A DNA stretch of 59,798 nucleotides, filler included, from Sphacelaria rigidula (lineage: Eukaryota): NCBI GenBank assembly GCA_964200075.2. It is 8 parts of 8 records of this genome, joined end to end, with 100 filler letters (N's around TTAATTAATTAA, not from the genome) between each part and the next. Parts side by side here need not be neighbours in the genome. Positions count along the whole stretch, not along the records: positions 22,464 to 29,850 come from CAXNAA020015146.1; positions 29,951 to 37,337 come from CAXNAA020015147.1; positions 37,438 to 44,824 come from CAXNAA020015148.1; 5 more parts are not named here. The stretch is one strand, 5' to 3'. Shown here in pieces: positions 26,506-38,607 of this stretch. Position 1 is the stretch's first letter; every line of letters begins with the position of its first letter. The notes beneath the pieces were generated by a model. That model was given only the letters and a program-made list of their open reading frames with translations, made no database searches and was not told the origin of the DNA. Both the position numbers and the translations under genes were made by a program.

Positions 26506-26835
26506 CTCTTCCGTCGCCAGCTTCTGTGATAGGGATTTGAATCACTTTTTGCAATGAAACTGATGCCGATTCAAAAGATGGTCCACCCCGACGGTGAGAG
26601 GTCTTGACCGCCGGGGAAGGTTACCTGCATCTCAATCCTTAGAGGGCAAGAGTAGGTCAACTATTGAATCGGCATCAATTCGCCCGAAAAAGTGTGCGTG
26701 ATTTAGATAGACTACCCTTCTCGTGGTCTACGGGTTGACCCTGTTACCACGAGGTTAGGACATCTTGTCATGCACTTTTTTTCAAGTGAAATCGATGATC
26801 ATTCAACAGACACCCTCAGCTCCTGGTCAAAGGGG
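26506..26835. mobile_element. Cluster of three degenerate piggyBac-like mini-MITEs in mixed orientation
   Basis: Core gaaa(t/c)tgatgccgattca or its complement, with ccttaga/ggtcta-like ends. Confidence 0.65.
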
Positions 26836-27815
26836 ATATATATATTCCAAGCCGGTCACACCACTTTTGCCACTCACTACGCTACGCTTGAAGTCTGTGC
26901 AAAACCCCGTTGCCCGTACGTCGGGAACGTCTGGAGATGTGAACAACGTTGAAACCGAATCTCTCTCGCCAAGTGAATACCGGCACTCCCACCGATTACG
27001 GTGCTTGGGCGTGTAGTGGATAACTATTATGAAAACAAAATATCAAGATGGAGTCGTTTCAACAGTAGGGTGAGACATGCAGTTTGAGTTTGCGCTCGGA
27101 TTCATTGCCCAACTCAGATATGCCCTTGTTCCCCCTGCTACGAGTATTATTCCTCGAAGCGACTTTGAAATAATTGCAATGAACCCTGCTGGCTTCTTCA
27201 CAGTGTTCCCTCCCTGGCGACAAATTGTTCAGATTCCCAAGCGGATACCCCGAAAGTGTAAACTTTTACAATCTTGGAGAACCTCCGTCCGTGGTACCGT
27301 ATAGAGTATACTTCGTGCTGGGTCTAATGTGGACATGTGATCAGAACTGTACCAACGAACGACAGGGTAACATGTATTTTGGTTCCATGGGATAACATCC
27401 TGATATCGATTACTGTCTTCCCATTGTTCACAAAAATCCGAAACAACAAAAAAACTCAGCTCACCTCGTACCAATCCTTCACACAAGATTACAGCTTACA
27501 AAAGCATTGAGTCACTCCTATCTCTCTGTACGTATTTTCCATTTTTTACCCGAGATTTGCAAGCTCTGGCGGTCGTGAGTGTCCCGTTTCCACTGGGCGA
27601 ATGGATCACGTGTACAGAACATCCTTTGCACCCGCTTTGCTACCCTGTGCATCCCTTGTGTCCTAGGTTTCTAGGTCCGCCCCCGGGTTGATGGTATGGG
27701 GGACAAGTTCACGGAACCCTTTCTTTGTGGTCCCGGTTGACATGAGAATAAGTCCCGCAGACGAAGCTTTAAAACTTACTCCTCAAGTATGTCCAGCACG
27801 CCCAACTCACGTTAA

Positions 27816-28145
27816 CCCCGGCGGCTCAGCTGTTACCCTTGGAACCTTCTGACGGCTGCGTCGTGAGTTCGAATCTCCGTGCAGTCACACGATCTGGAAT
27901 TTTTTCTCACACCATGCCCAACAGAGGAGAGCGACCATGTCGTGGGTAAACGAAACTCGACCTCATGGTCGACGAGGGGAAGGGACTGCTGGGCCCCCCT
28001 CGCCATAAAAGAAGAAGCAAGCACCATAGAAAGAAGGTGGCATTCTAGAGCAGAAGAAAGGAAAAACTCCTGTGTGGCCCCGACTGATGCGCTCATACAT
28101 ACCGAAAGGTGTAGACTGGCGTCCGGAACAGGTGTGATGACAACA
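27816..28145 (+). mobile_element. Full-length tRNA-derived SINE (about 330 bp)
   Basis: Head with degenerate A box (cggctcagctg) and B box (agttcgaatct). Body and 3' end shared with copies at 1-73 and 18462-18700. Confidence 0.8.
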
Positions 28146-28311
28146 GATTCGGGTATGGAACAATCTAATGTGGGTGTTCACCGAGGTTCACCACATCCCC
28201 TAAATCAAAAGATATCGACAGCAGTGTCTTCAACAAAGCTGAATTGCCCGCCGTGGAAGGCCATTCACGAGTCACGGTCATAGATCCAAGCCACACGGCG
28301 GTGTCGAGATA

Positions 28312-28910
28312 CGAGCTGGGCCAGTCTAGACACGGATTTAAGCTCTCGAAGCAATATCTCGTCGACACGGACGAGTTGGTGCATGATCCGCATGTTGTAT
28401 TGATCGTGTAACCAAGGGGAAGGGGCCCATATTTTCTCGCTCGATGAACCCCGTGTCTCTTAATTTCTTCACCTAATGGAGATAACGTCCATACTAGAAT
28501 CTACATGAAACCCCCGATCCATGCACTCAGCGGATGACGACAAATTTCGGTGTGGAGATTCCCTGGAGTACGGGGAGGCGATAGATACCCTCACCTTCAT
28601 CTAATTCGTAATCTATCATGATTTGACGCACACAAGTTTCGATTTTGAAATCAGTGTATTACGAGCAGAGACACTAGACGAACTAAATCTGGATATCGCG
28701 TCTCAGTTTTTGAAAGTGATGCTATGAAAGTTCGTATGGAGAACCGCTAGTGCATAATATAGCTTTGAAAACAGCTTCTATCATTTTTTTCGGGTTTTGG
28801 GGCAGTTTTGAGGAGAAATGAACACTGCTCTTGGGCCTCATCTCAATTTCTTAGCTCAATTTTTATAAATGTGACTTGAAACTCAGGATGAAGAACCACA
28901 GAGGTATGCA
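28312..28910 (+). mobile_element. Partial second copy of the CGAGCTGGGCCAG TIR element
   Basis: Colinear with 18912-19860 but carries only one copy of the 243-bp unit. Confidence 0.8.
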
Positions 28911-30649
28911 AAAAATAAAAATACTTGTGAAGATCATTCTGGGGTACCTTGGACTGTCGGGGTATGTAAAGTACCTAGCACTTCAAGGCACACAGGGTAT
29001 CTGTCCGCCAAAAGTGCTGAGTACCCCCGAGGACCGCGAAATCCTCGCCACCCCGAAATACTCGGTGTGGTATCTAGAGAGCTAGGGATCGAGCACAGAG
29101 GGTGTAGATGGCTCGAATTGCCGTATTTTGCACCTTTTCCCGAGTGTACCTTCGCAGGGTGGTTGCAGTATAAAATATGCGTCCATGTGAGGTAAAGGTT
29201 TGCCGAAAGTGGCGGTAGACTTGAAGGTCACTATCCTGTATTCAAAATCGGACCATGAGTATCAGGGCCGTGCGGCAAGCCTCGCAGTCTTGGGTGCCGA
29301 ATCAGCGACCTGTGGGTGAGATACAGATGTCGATCGTGTGTTGCTTTACTTTGAGTAGTTTTGCTGCGGCCGTCAGTATGTCCCGCACTCGAACGCGAAC
29401 GAGGAGTAGATGGACGAAGCCACGTATTCGCTTTTGTTTTTCATCTTGTATAGTATCCAGACGGACACATACGGGTGCCTCGAAATCTCAGCTGATTGCC
29501 GATCCTTTTCGCCTGTAGAAGGGAACATGGCCTAGCGGCCACGAACGAGCATGGCGGTTGGCCGCCGTAATCCCCCCGCTCCCCCTTCCAAAACACGAGT
29601 ATTTCGACTCTTTTTTCTTCTCGCTAGGTGTTGCTCAGAAATTTGTGTATTGATGGTCTGGTTCGATGGATTTCTTAGTTGATCGATGCACATTGGCCAC
29701 AAAAATAGCAATAGTTTCACACCCAGGCTCAATCAGAGAACATACTCGCCGAAGAAACTCGTGATGAGAAAAAAAGAGCATTTGTTCCCTCTCAAAATAT
29801 ATCAACCGGACATCGTTGAGTCATCCTGCGATAGGGGGGGGGGGGCGTACNNNNNNNNNNNNNNNNNNNNNNNNNNNNNNNNNNNNNNNNNNNNTTAATT
29901 AATTAANNNNNNNNNNNNNNNNNNNNNNNNNNNNNNNNNNNNNNNNNNNNAAAATGGACACAATCCCGGGGAGCGGTTGATTGTCATTTCAAAATACGTT
30001 CTCATTTTTCTGGCAACCCTGTTATAAAGCAACAACATCCACATTCGTCGCCGTATCAGGCAGCCTATTCCTCGACTACATTCCTTGCCCCCCTACCCTC
30101 ACCCACTTCTCCCATAGCCTGACCCAACACCCACCCCACCCCCGTTCCGCGTACTGTGTACTACGGTATACTCGCGTGTATCGCGCGAGTCTTGAGAGCG
30201 TATCCGCGCATCTTTTGACCGTACCTAACCAGAAATTCTTCGTTTCTCGGTCCGTGTACTGTGTACTTCGACATACTCGCGTGGATCGCGCAAATATGTT
30301 TCCGACTTTACCCGGCCAGGCATTTTTCGTTCACAGCCCCAACCAACACCCACCCAGCCGCGGTCCACTCGCCGTATACTCTGGTCCTTGCGCGAGTTGC
30401 GCAAATCGTTTCACTGCACAAGACGCTCTCCATCAACCCAACGCTCGATACACGAAGCTTCACGATAACCCAAGCGCAGCAGCATTCCCTATCAGCCATT
30501 ATCTGCAACGACCACGCTCTATACTCCCTTTACGCTGCCTTTCAGTCGCGGTTGAACTGGTCATCGACAGCAGCATAGGCTCACAGCCAGCTCTTGTCGC
30601 CGCGCTTGCCCTGGGTGATAGAGACACAAAACAAAAACTGGCTCGAGCA

Positions 30650-30895
30650 ATGCTACGGTGGGGGTGCACTTTTTGCGCGAACTTTTGTCTGGTTCAGGGG
30701 CTCCAAAGGATTCCAGATGCACAAGAATATGGGCCAGGGCATCCTCGTTCTCAAATTCAGTCGGGACATCCCTGGCACATTGGGTTTGTAATCCTGGCGT
30801 ACTCTCACATATTTAAGAAGTTGTGTTTTGGATGAGATAAAGGGCTCCTAACAATTATACCCTCAGAAAATATTTGTGCACCCCTACCGTAGCAT
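30650..30895 (+). mobile_element. MITE family A, best-preserved copy
   Basis: 20-bp TIR ATGCTACGGT(G/A)GGGGTGCAC, 19/20 match between the ends. Confidence 0.85.
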
Positions 30896-33058
30896 CACTC
30901 GCTCTCCGACCCGAAAAAGTAGCAAAATCCACGCTGTCGACCGCAACAGCCACGAACTCACACGCGAAGCTAGTCTCTACCGACAGCGCTGCTTGTCGTA
31001 CATGCCGTGCTTGCATTGTTGTGAGCATACCGATCCGAGGTACTGTTGTACGGTCTTCACAACGAGACGAACTCACTCCCGAAAAGAAGCGACACCTGGC
31101 CAGCACTTGGGGCACTGCAGTTGTAGTGCTGCCGTCAAATCACATTCTCAGCAGTGTACCGACAACACCATGTCCAAAGCAACAGTACCCGACAAGAAAT
31201 TGTCTAGCACCACCTACGTCTGTCCACGAGGGCAGGTGTGCTCAGCCAAGAGGCTCCCCTCCCCTCGCCCCTCACGCTTCACGTCCGCATACCGGCCAAC
31301 CGCCTGCGAAGCCCTGACTGTACCACAGTCCAGGGTATTGACCCTCACGACCAACGACAACAGAACTGCCCGAACTCACACGACAGTACCTGTCACCCTG
31401 CTGCGGACGTTCCAGGAACAGTGTGAGCGAGATTGCTCCTCATACTTGTACGCATCGACTGCATCATTCAGTTCCCAGCAAAGCAACACCGTATCCTCGA
31501 AAAATACGTGCATGTCTACCTCTACGTCTACCCCTGGATGCGGTCGCAGTAAGGCTTGAACATCTCACGATAGAAAGAGCTCCATATGTCCTCAACAAAC
31601 AATCGACACTGAAAATCCGAGCACAGGGATTGCCTAATAACGCTTCCATCCTTAAAGCACGGGAGGCGGGGGAAGGAACGAGGAACCTCGATACCATTTA
31701 CATCGAAACGGCGGGAGAGCTTTCGATGGCACCAAGTACGGAGTTGTCGCCGACTCAAAGAAAAAAACGAACCTATGTCATCATGACGGTGGAGGTGCTC
31801 ATTAGCAAATCAAAGACGTCGCTGGCCCAAAAGCGGCGTGTGTACCCCTACACCTCGCACTGAAACCGCTCGTAGTAAGGCGCAAGCAATTCAGTACAGC
31901 AAACGAGGCAGTCGTCTCCTGGAACGACGGAAAAAAAACCCCGACACACAAACAAAAATATAGTGCCGGTATAAAGTACATGAAGATATGCGCTAGGAGC
32001 TGCACGATACTGCCGCAGCTTGCCCAGCACCGAAAACGTCCCCCCAAGTCTTGAATGGTACGAAGTGTTCTAGGGCTACCGTATGATCGACACGAACGAA
32101 TCAAATCTCCAACAGCCACGCAAGCGATCATATTTGCGTCCTGGCGGAAAACAAAAATATCTGTAGGAGACAAAAACGATCGTTAGAGCAAGCATAGAGT
32201 AGCTGAGACCGTATATCGGGTTTCCTGCCAAGCTCACCGTTCAGCTCTGCAACAGCTTCAGCTTCACACATTAGGCAAAGTACAGGAGCCCGTCATGACC
32301 CACACCAAACTATGCACAATACACCAACACGATGTCAAACGTAGTCTCTGCACCCCTTGCCGCGGGGTGTATCCGTTTCTCGTTCAAGCCCGACATCTGT
32401 GTGGAGCCACCCGCAAGACAAAATAGCTGTGGCAGAACAACGTTCAAGAAAGAACGACAAAATGTGCCCAGTTGGTCGAAGGTCATGCAGCCGACGCTTG
32501 TTTGGCGACGGACAAAGGTCGAGTCTACCAGCGTATGTTCTCCTACCCATTGCATCCGCCTCAGGGCTGCTGACGTGTTACGCATCGCTGGCCCTGCGTG
32601 TCTCGCCTAGAGATAGACGAGGCGTGAGCATTTTGGGAGGGAACGACGGAAGAGGCAGGTAGGCCATGTAACCATTGTCGATCGGCAGGTATCTGTAGCA
32701 AATATCGTGTGCCCAAGAACAAGAGGCATGCACTATGTGTGCCCAAATGAAGCCTTGGGCGCCTCCACGGCTATGAACTGGAAAAAAAACAAAGCAGGCG
32801 CGTCGTGTGTCTGTGTCTGTAGAAGACGCAAGCGGTGTGGGAGACGACGAAGCTCCGTCTCCATGAGCGTACATGGATGCACATGCAGTGGTATCCTCGT
32901 GTCCTAGCGAACAGTTCTGTATCACATGTAGCATCCTTGGTGGAGCAAGATACCACAATGAAGTCGCAAAAAACACACCAAGGTCAAGCGAAAGTCGAGA
33001 CGAACTTCGCAGGGTGGTTCAAAGACCCGTGATGAGCTATTACAGTATCTCCCAACTC

Positions 33059-35468
33059 TCACCTCCTCCGACCCAGGAGCACCCTGCCTCCCCTATCACG
33101 GGGTTGGGGGCTGTTCGCGTATCCCCTCATGTGCAGGATCCACGCCCGCACGAGAGTTGGCCACCGGGTAGTGCGAGCCCATAGGGCGCACGTCGCCACG
33201 GCAAGCTCCAACGAAAGCACGACCATGGCAATGGGCATGCTCACACGAAGCAATGCCTCTAGCGCAGCAGCCCATCGGTGGTCGGGCATGCTCACACCAA
33301 GCAACTCCTCTAGCGCAGCAGCCCGTCGGTGGTCGAACGGGTCTTCCTCTAGAGAGACGATGCGGATCAGACGCTGCGAGTGCTCCATCACTCCGGTCGC
33401 ATCCTCGTCGTCGTACACAAACCCGATGGCCGTCACGGTCACGGTCACCAGTACGAGCTAGCCTACGGTCAAGGCCACCATACCTATCGCGTTCAGCTTG
33501 TGCACGATACGTATCGGCCCCGCAAGGTCTGGCCGAGCACACACGGCGTACGTGGTCATGGTGCTCACATAGGCAAAGACCAATGTGAGCGCGAGGTGCA
33601 ACGCAAACATCACTACAGGACCCGCATCGCCCCACCCGAGGGATTCCGCGTTCCACACGATACGACAGGCGTGTGTCACATCGTCGACCAGCGGGGTGAT
33701 GGTGACCAGAGAGTACGCGGATGCCACTGCGACGGAGATGAGCTTCTCCTCGCTCCACGCGCTGTCGTCGGCTAAGCGCTCTAGCAAACGGCCAGGGGGC
33801 CACACGACGCACACTGTACTAACCCAGTGCTTCGCCACCCGACAAACACGGACAACGGGCCGCATCATAGCCAGCTCTGGCAGAGCTCGGCCACCGCGAA
33901 TGATGCCGTGTCCTACGCGGACGAGCAGCGCTAACGTGAGCTCCCACGCAAACCACACCAATGTACGGAGCATGGGGAAGACATGGACGACGCAGACCAC
34001 GACAAATGTAATCGCTACTACCACGTGGACAACCAGAAGGCCAATAAAGCAGAGTGCCTGGAGGATGCAGGGGCAAGTATGCGGGCAGGCGGAGAGCAGA
34101 GGGAGTCGGGATCGTTTGCTGGGACAAACACAGCAGCTGCTGGTGACGAATATGCATCCCTCAAACAGGGTGAAAGAGCGGGGAGAGGGGGGTTACCACT
34201 ACGCAGCAGCAGGGAGGGAGAGTTGGACTTAAGAAGCAAAAGCACCAACGCTGGTTTTGATCTATACGAACACCTTTCGAAAATGGTGACGGATTGATGA
34301 CGCGTTTCGACGACACAAAATGGTGATGGCATGTGATACCTCAAGAACACGAGTAAACGAAGTGTGCTGGGCCCCACCTTGTCTACCTCATCACCGACAG
34401 ATTTCCACAAATATCTCGATACAAAAACAGCGCGAATGGTCTCAGACACAAGCAAGACTCCGCCCTTTAGCCAATCGGTACAGACTTGTCCCACTGGAAC
34501 ATGCGCCCTTCAGCCGCACTCGCGCCATTCCGCTGTTGAATTTCAAGCTGAAAATGAGCGTTACACTGCGGTCAACCTTTGTTTCTGGACACCGTGCACA
34601 CAGCGTTACACGCCTTCAACGTACGTCGCGACATGCAGTGCAGCAGAAGCCCACCCACCTCTCATCGGTCGTGAAGCTCGAGGTATTTCTCCTCCAGACC
34701 CAGGTACTCGTAGTGGAGTTCCAGGGTTTTGCGCTCTAGGATGGCCCTGTTGTTCTCGACGGAACATAGGCCATCCTCCGCAACGGCCAACTGCTCGGTG
34801 AGGTGGCCGATGCTCGCGTCAGCCGCTGACAGTTTGGCCCTGAGGACGTCCCCGTTGTCAATGGCTGCGCGCAGCTGTTTGCGAGCGTGCCGCAACTGCG
34901 TCTGCTCTTTGTACAAGGCAGTCTCTAGGGCGGTGTGTTGTGCGAATGCGGCACTTGCGCTAGCGGAAACCACGTTCGCCGCCTCTTTCACCCCCTGCGC
35001 CGACTCGCGGCATCGTTGCAGGTCGAACTTCTCCTTCGCCATCGCCTTCTTTGCGGCCACCTGGAGCATGTTTAGCGCCAATAAGGAAGCAGTGCAGATT
35101 AAAATCATGACAAAATCGAACAACGTTGCGTAGTTTGACACACAAATCAAGACGAAACAGGGCGGTGCGCCGGCAAATCCATTGACGAGTGCTCCTCGCT
35201 TCGGGGTTTTGTTGTCGGAATCTTCCAGTAGACTGCCGTTTTCGGGGTTTTGTAGTGTTGCCGTACGCGCAAGTGGCGCGATCTGCTGGGCGTGGAGGGC
35301 GAACGGGGTCGAGCGCAAGCGCATGAACTCCCCGCACGTACAACTCACCCGTGCCGTCTCCTCGAGGTCGAAGGCGATCAGAGGGTGGACACATTCGATG
35401 TCAGTTTTCTGCGCCAGCTCCTCGTTTCCCCCGCCACCGACCCAGTCATCGGCTTCGACCCCCGTCAT
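33059..35468 (-). pseudogene. Probable spliced pseudogene: coiled-coil plus multi-pass membrane protein
   Basis: Exons 35468-35349 (ATG...|gtgagt), 35060-34659 (cag|...|gtgggt) and 34057-33059 (ctccag|), all joined in phase 0. In-frame TGA at 34664-34662 and TAG at 33460-33458. Coiled-coil-like exon 2, several hydrophobic segments in exon 3. Confidence 0.5.
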
Positions 35469-36269
35469 TGTTTTCCCCTGGTCCTCTCCTCTGACATTAG
35501 ATCGGTTCGTCTCGGTGGAGCAGGAGGACCAAAACAGCAACCTCTGCAGAAACCCTTCGCCTCTGCACCCTCTGCAGAGGGCGACACAGACAGCCCGCCG
35601 GGGAGGAAGAGTAGGCAGCCGAGGGCAAACAGAGGCAAGGCTAGTGTCTTGGTCTGTGCGCAGCGCATCACACAGCATGGAGCACGACAAAACAAACAAG
35701 CACACTCTCGGAAAGAACAATTATCCCTCGTAATACCGGCAATGACCACTGGGTACTTCTTCTCGTGAAACCGGCTAGAAATTTTGTCATGCACATCTGC
35801 AATCGCAACATTGTATATGCTGGACTACCATAGTACGTCACGCATGATGAACTAAATACTGTAGTGTGGATGTTGCTTCGTCGCCGCCAGTCCACTAGGA
35901 ATCTCACGGGGCACAGTCGATAGCATATAGCAATGTAAACATGTGTCATTGATCGTGCGGTGCACACCGCTCAAGCTACACATCATCTGCTGACGCCCGA
36001 GCAAGGCGAGACCACAAACTCGAGCGACCGACTTACCCTGCTTGCACCCCAGGCACGCTGACGCCAATCCCTGCTTCAGCGCGAACTCCCGAACCGCACG
36101 CGAAAGCCGACACGGCGACAAGCAACACATGGACAAACATCGCGTCCGCCTCTAGGCAAACGTCCCCTATGAAGAAATATTCCAGCGTACGACGGACGGG
36201 AGCAAGACGGGGAGGGTAAGACATGCCGATGGCGTTAGTCAAGTGGAGCCAATGTGATATGATACAGTA

Positions 36270-36561
36270 TGCCCAGGAAGCTAACAGCGTATACATCGAA
36301 CCAGTGAGCGCTCACTGTGTCAATGAGTGAACTGTTTTGAACAAAAGATTTGCGGTTCGAGCCCCGGCATGTTCGATCGTGGAAGGAAAGTTTGAGATGT
36401 GAACAGTAAGGCTTGCGGGGGGCTGGGAGCCCCGGAGATCACTGAAGTGTCATGCCGGGACGGACCACACACCATAACTTTTGTCCGGAAAGGGAACAGT
36501 TTACCCATTGCATCAGTGAGCGCTCACTGGTTCACTGGGTAAACTGTTCACTTCCTGAAGA
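36270..36561. mobile_element. Hairpin-terminal-repeat element, family 2 (old copy)
   Basis: Terminal palindromes 36270-36343 and 36482-36561 centred on AGCGCT. Each continues inward through ACAAAAG to a B-box-like motif (GGTTCGAGCCC at 36354-36364). Confidence 0.7.
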
Positions 36562-36839
36562 TGATACGGTGCGGTACGGGACAGCTAATATCGGGCGTAA
36601 GCATAAAACGACGTCTTGTTAAAAAAAGGTACCGCATGATGAAGACAAAAACATGATTCGGGCAAGATTCGATGACATCAGAACAACTAGGAGGACTACG
36701 AGGGTCCGGGTCCAACTATCCCGTGTTGCGGAGGGCATGACTCGTGTGTTCGACAAATATTATCATGAGAACAAAAAACGCCATCCAGGGCGTGCCTCAT
36801 CAAATTCGGACCAGAGTACTGCTTGCTGAGTAGTCTTTT

Positions 36840-37262
36840 TACTGAGCATCCCGATACATGAAAATCCCCCGGAGTAAAACGTTTCACACATCGCACGAGC
36901 TTTTACTCGTCGAAACGAGTGCACTCGTGGATGGTTTTTCGGAAAACAAGGGGCATGGCTCATGTGCTCGAGTCATTATTTGTTTTCACAACGAGCAATG
37001 GCTCGTGTGCTCGAGTCATGCAGATTTTTCACAAGGAGCAACGACTCGTGCGCTCGAGCCATTTTGTTTTTCTACAACGAGCAAGGATTCGTGTGCTCGA
37101 GTCATTTTTGTTCTTTCACAACGAGCAATAATTTGTATGCTCGATTCATTCATTCTGCCACAAAGAGCAATGACTCGAGTGCTCGCCCTACATATGTATT
37201 ACTCAGCAGGTACTCCCCGCCGCTTTAGTAGAACTCTGATCTCTCTCCCTCTCTCTCTCTCT
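36840..37262 (+). repeat. Minisatellite-bearing dispersed element ending at (CT)n
   Basis: About 40-45-bp units acaacgagcaatgactcgtgtgctcgagtcatt. Inverted homolog at 52441-52925. Confidence 0.8.
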
Positions 37263-37437
37263 GTAGGGGGGGCGTTCTCATGTGTTGCTTGCCTTAGTCG
37301 TCTGACCATTGACCACGCATCCCTTTCGAGACGGAGCNNNNNNNNNNNNNNNNNNNNNNNNNNNNNNNNNNNNNNNNNNNNTTAATTAATTAANNNNNNN
37401 NNNNNNNNNNNNNNNNNNNNNNNNNNNNNNNNNNNNN

Positions 37438-37620
37438 GATCGCTCCGGGAATCGAACCCCCCAACTCAACCATCAGAAGGTTACGAGGTTACCAACTGAG
37501 CCACCGGGGCGCGGTGGAAATCATATATAACGAAGAAAAAATCAAATGCATCGGGAATCGAACACCCGTTCTCTCCACCCTTATGGCGACAGTCGAATCA
37601 TTACACCACCGGGACGCGGC
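37438..37620 (-). mobile_element. Two tandem tRNA-like SINE heads of different families
   Basis: gtcccggTGGTGTAATGA...TGTTCGATTCC (like 43571), followed by gccccggTGGCTCAGTTGG...GGTTCGATTCC. Confidence 0.7.
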
Positions 37621-38485
37621 GGTTTTTGTGTCTGTGCCATACTCTTTCGCATAGACCACAAAGGATTTGGCACAACTACTATAACGGTAGTACGTGGACA
37701 GCGGCATCACTCTACCATGGAGAGCACCTAGCCCACAACTAACGGGCGAGTGGGATTCAAACATCCGATGCACTCACGTCTCTGCAACCACATCCGTCCC
37801 TCCGACGGAGTCGGACATCGAGAGTGCATGTTATGTAAGCGAGGTGGCAGGCGAAATGCTCGCCGCGGATGTTATACTGCAAAATAGATATCGCAACGGT
37901 TGTTTTGTCTTGAGCGCGTCTTGCGAAAGACGAGTCATATGCACCTTGCCCAGGCTTGTCTGCAATTGGAGGAAGTAATGTGAGCAGTTCTGCTGGCTTG
38001 TATGCTGGTTGGTCGTGGCTCCGAATCAGGTCGAAGACGACTATCCAGCGAGGGTGTATACTCGTAATGTATAGAATTTCCGTGGTAGGGTTTTCGGAGG
38101 GTGGGACCCTATCTTTGTTGTACGGCTCTCTATATATATTATTGTATTATATATAACGGAGGTTCAAACGATCTTCGGGGTCATGATTTCAAATTTTCAA
38201 ATATGAGATGGTATTCGGGGTGGCGAGAAAGTTTATCCGACGTTGATCTTTGTTATCCGCGGAGAGTGCCTACCCACCCCCATCCTACACCAGACACATC
38301 ATCACCCCCGCACTGTCACTTACAACGCTCTCCTCGCTCCAGCTCATCCCCCCAACATAGTATCAAGAACTACTTCTGCCTGAACTTGTGCCCCACCCAA
38401 AGACCATCTACCTTCGAGATAGAACTAGTGTGTTTATTAGTAGAGGCAAATCACCACCTGCGTCTTCCCGAAATTTCCCGATAGG

Positions 38486-38607
38486 ATGGCTGTCTCATCA
38501 AGCGCTACCCTTTTGGCCGGGCTGGCCGTGATGCTGGCTACCGCGACGACGACTCAGGCACTGAGAATCGTCACGCCTTCAGAGGGCATGACTGTGGTTG
38601 GCGGCAG
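38486..38607 (+). CDS. Secreted two-repeat Ig-like protein, exon 1 (signal peptide)
   Basis: MAVSSSATLLAGLAVMLATATTTQA/LRIVTPSEGMTVVGG, then AG|gtgatg (phase 2). Confidence 0.85.

Noticed and set aside
24400-27780. Possible copia-like relics
   Set aside because: No diagnostic motif could be read with confidence. A translated search is needed.
29981-31559. 284-aa and 227-aa ORFs
   Set aside because: The first runs through a MITE, and neither shows recognisable domains or protein-like composition.
32440-32555. Possible EsV-1-7-like Cys/His repeat (CPVGRRSCSRRLFG...AY)
   Set aside because: It is a single weak match that needs a frameshift and has no splice support.
36302-36317. GTGAGCGCTCAC core identical to the symmetric lac operator
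   Set aside because: It lacks the AATT flanks and any vector context, and is explained as the hairpin centre of the element.
37438-37511. Possible tRNA genes at SINE heads (also 22464, 27816, 43571, 51000)
   Set aside because: A/B boxes are present, but I could not form convincing acceptor and anticodon stems, and the copies are divergent and attached to repeat bodies.
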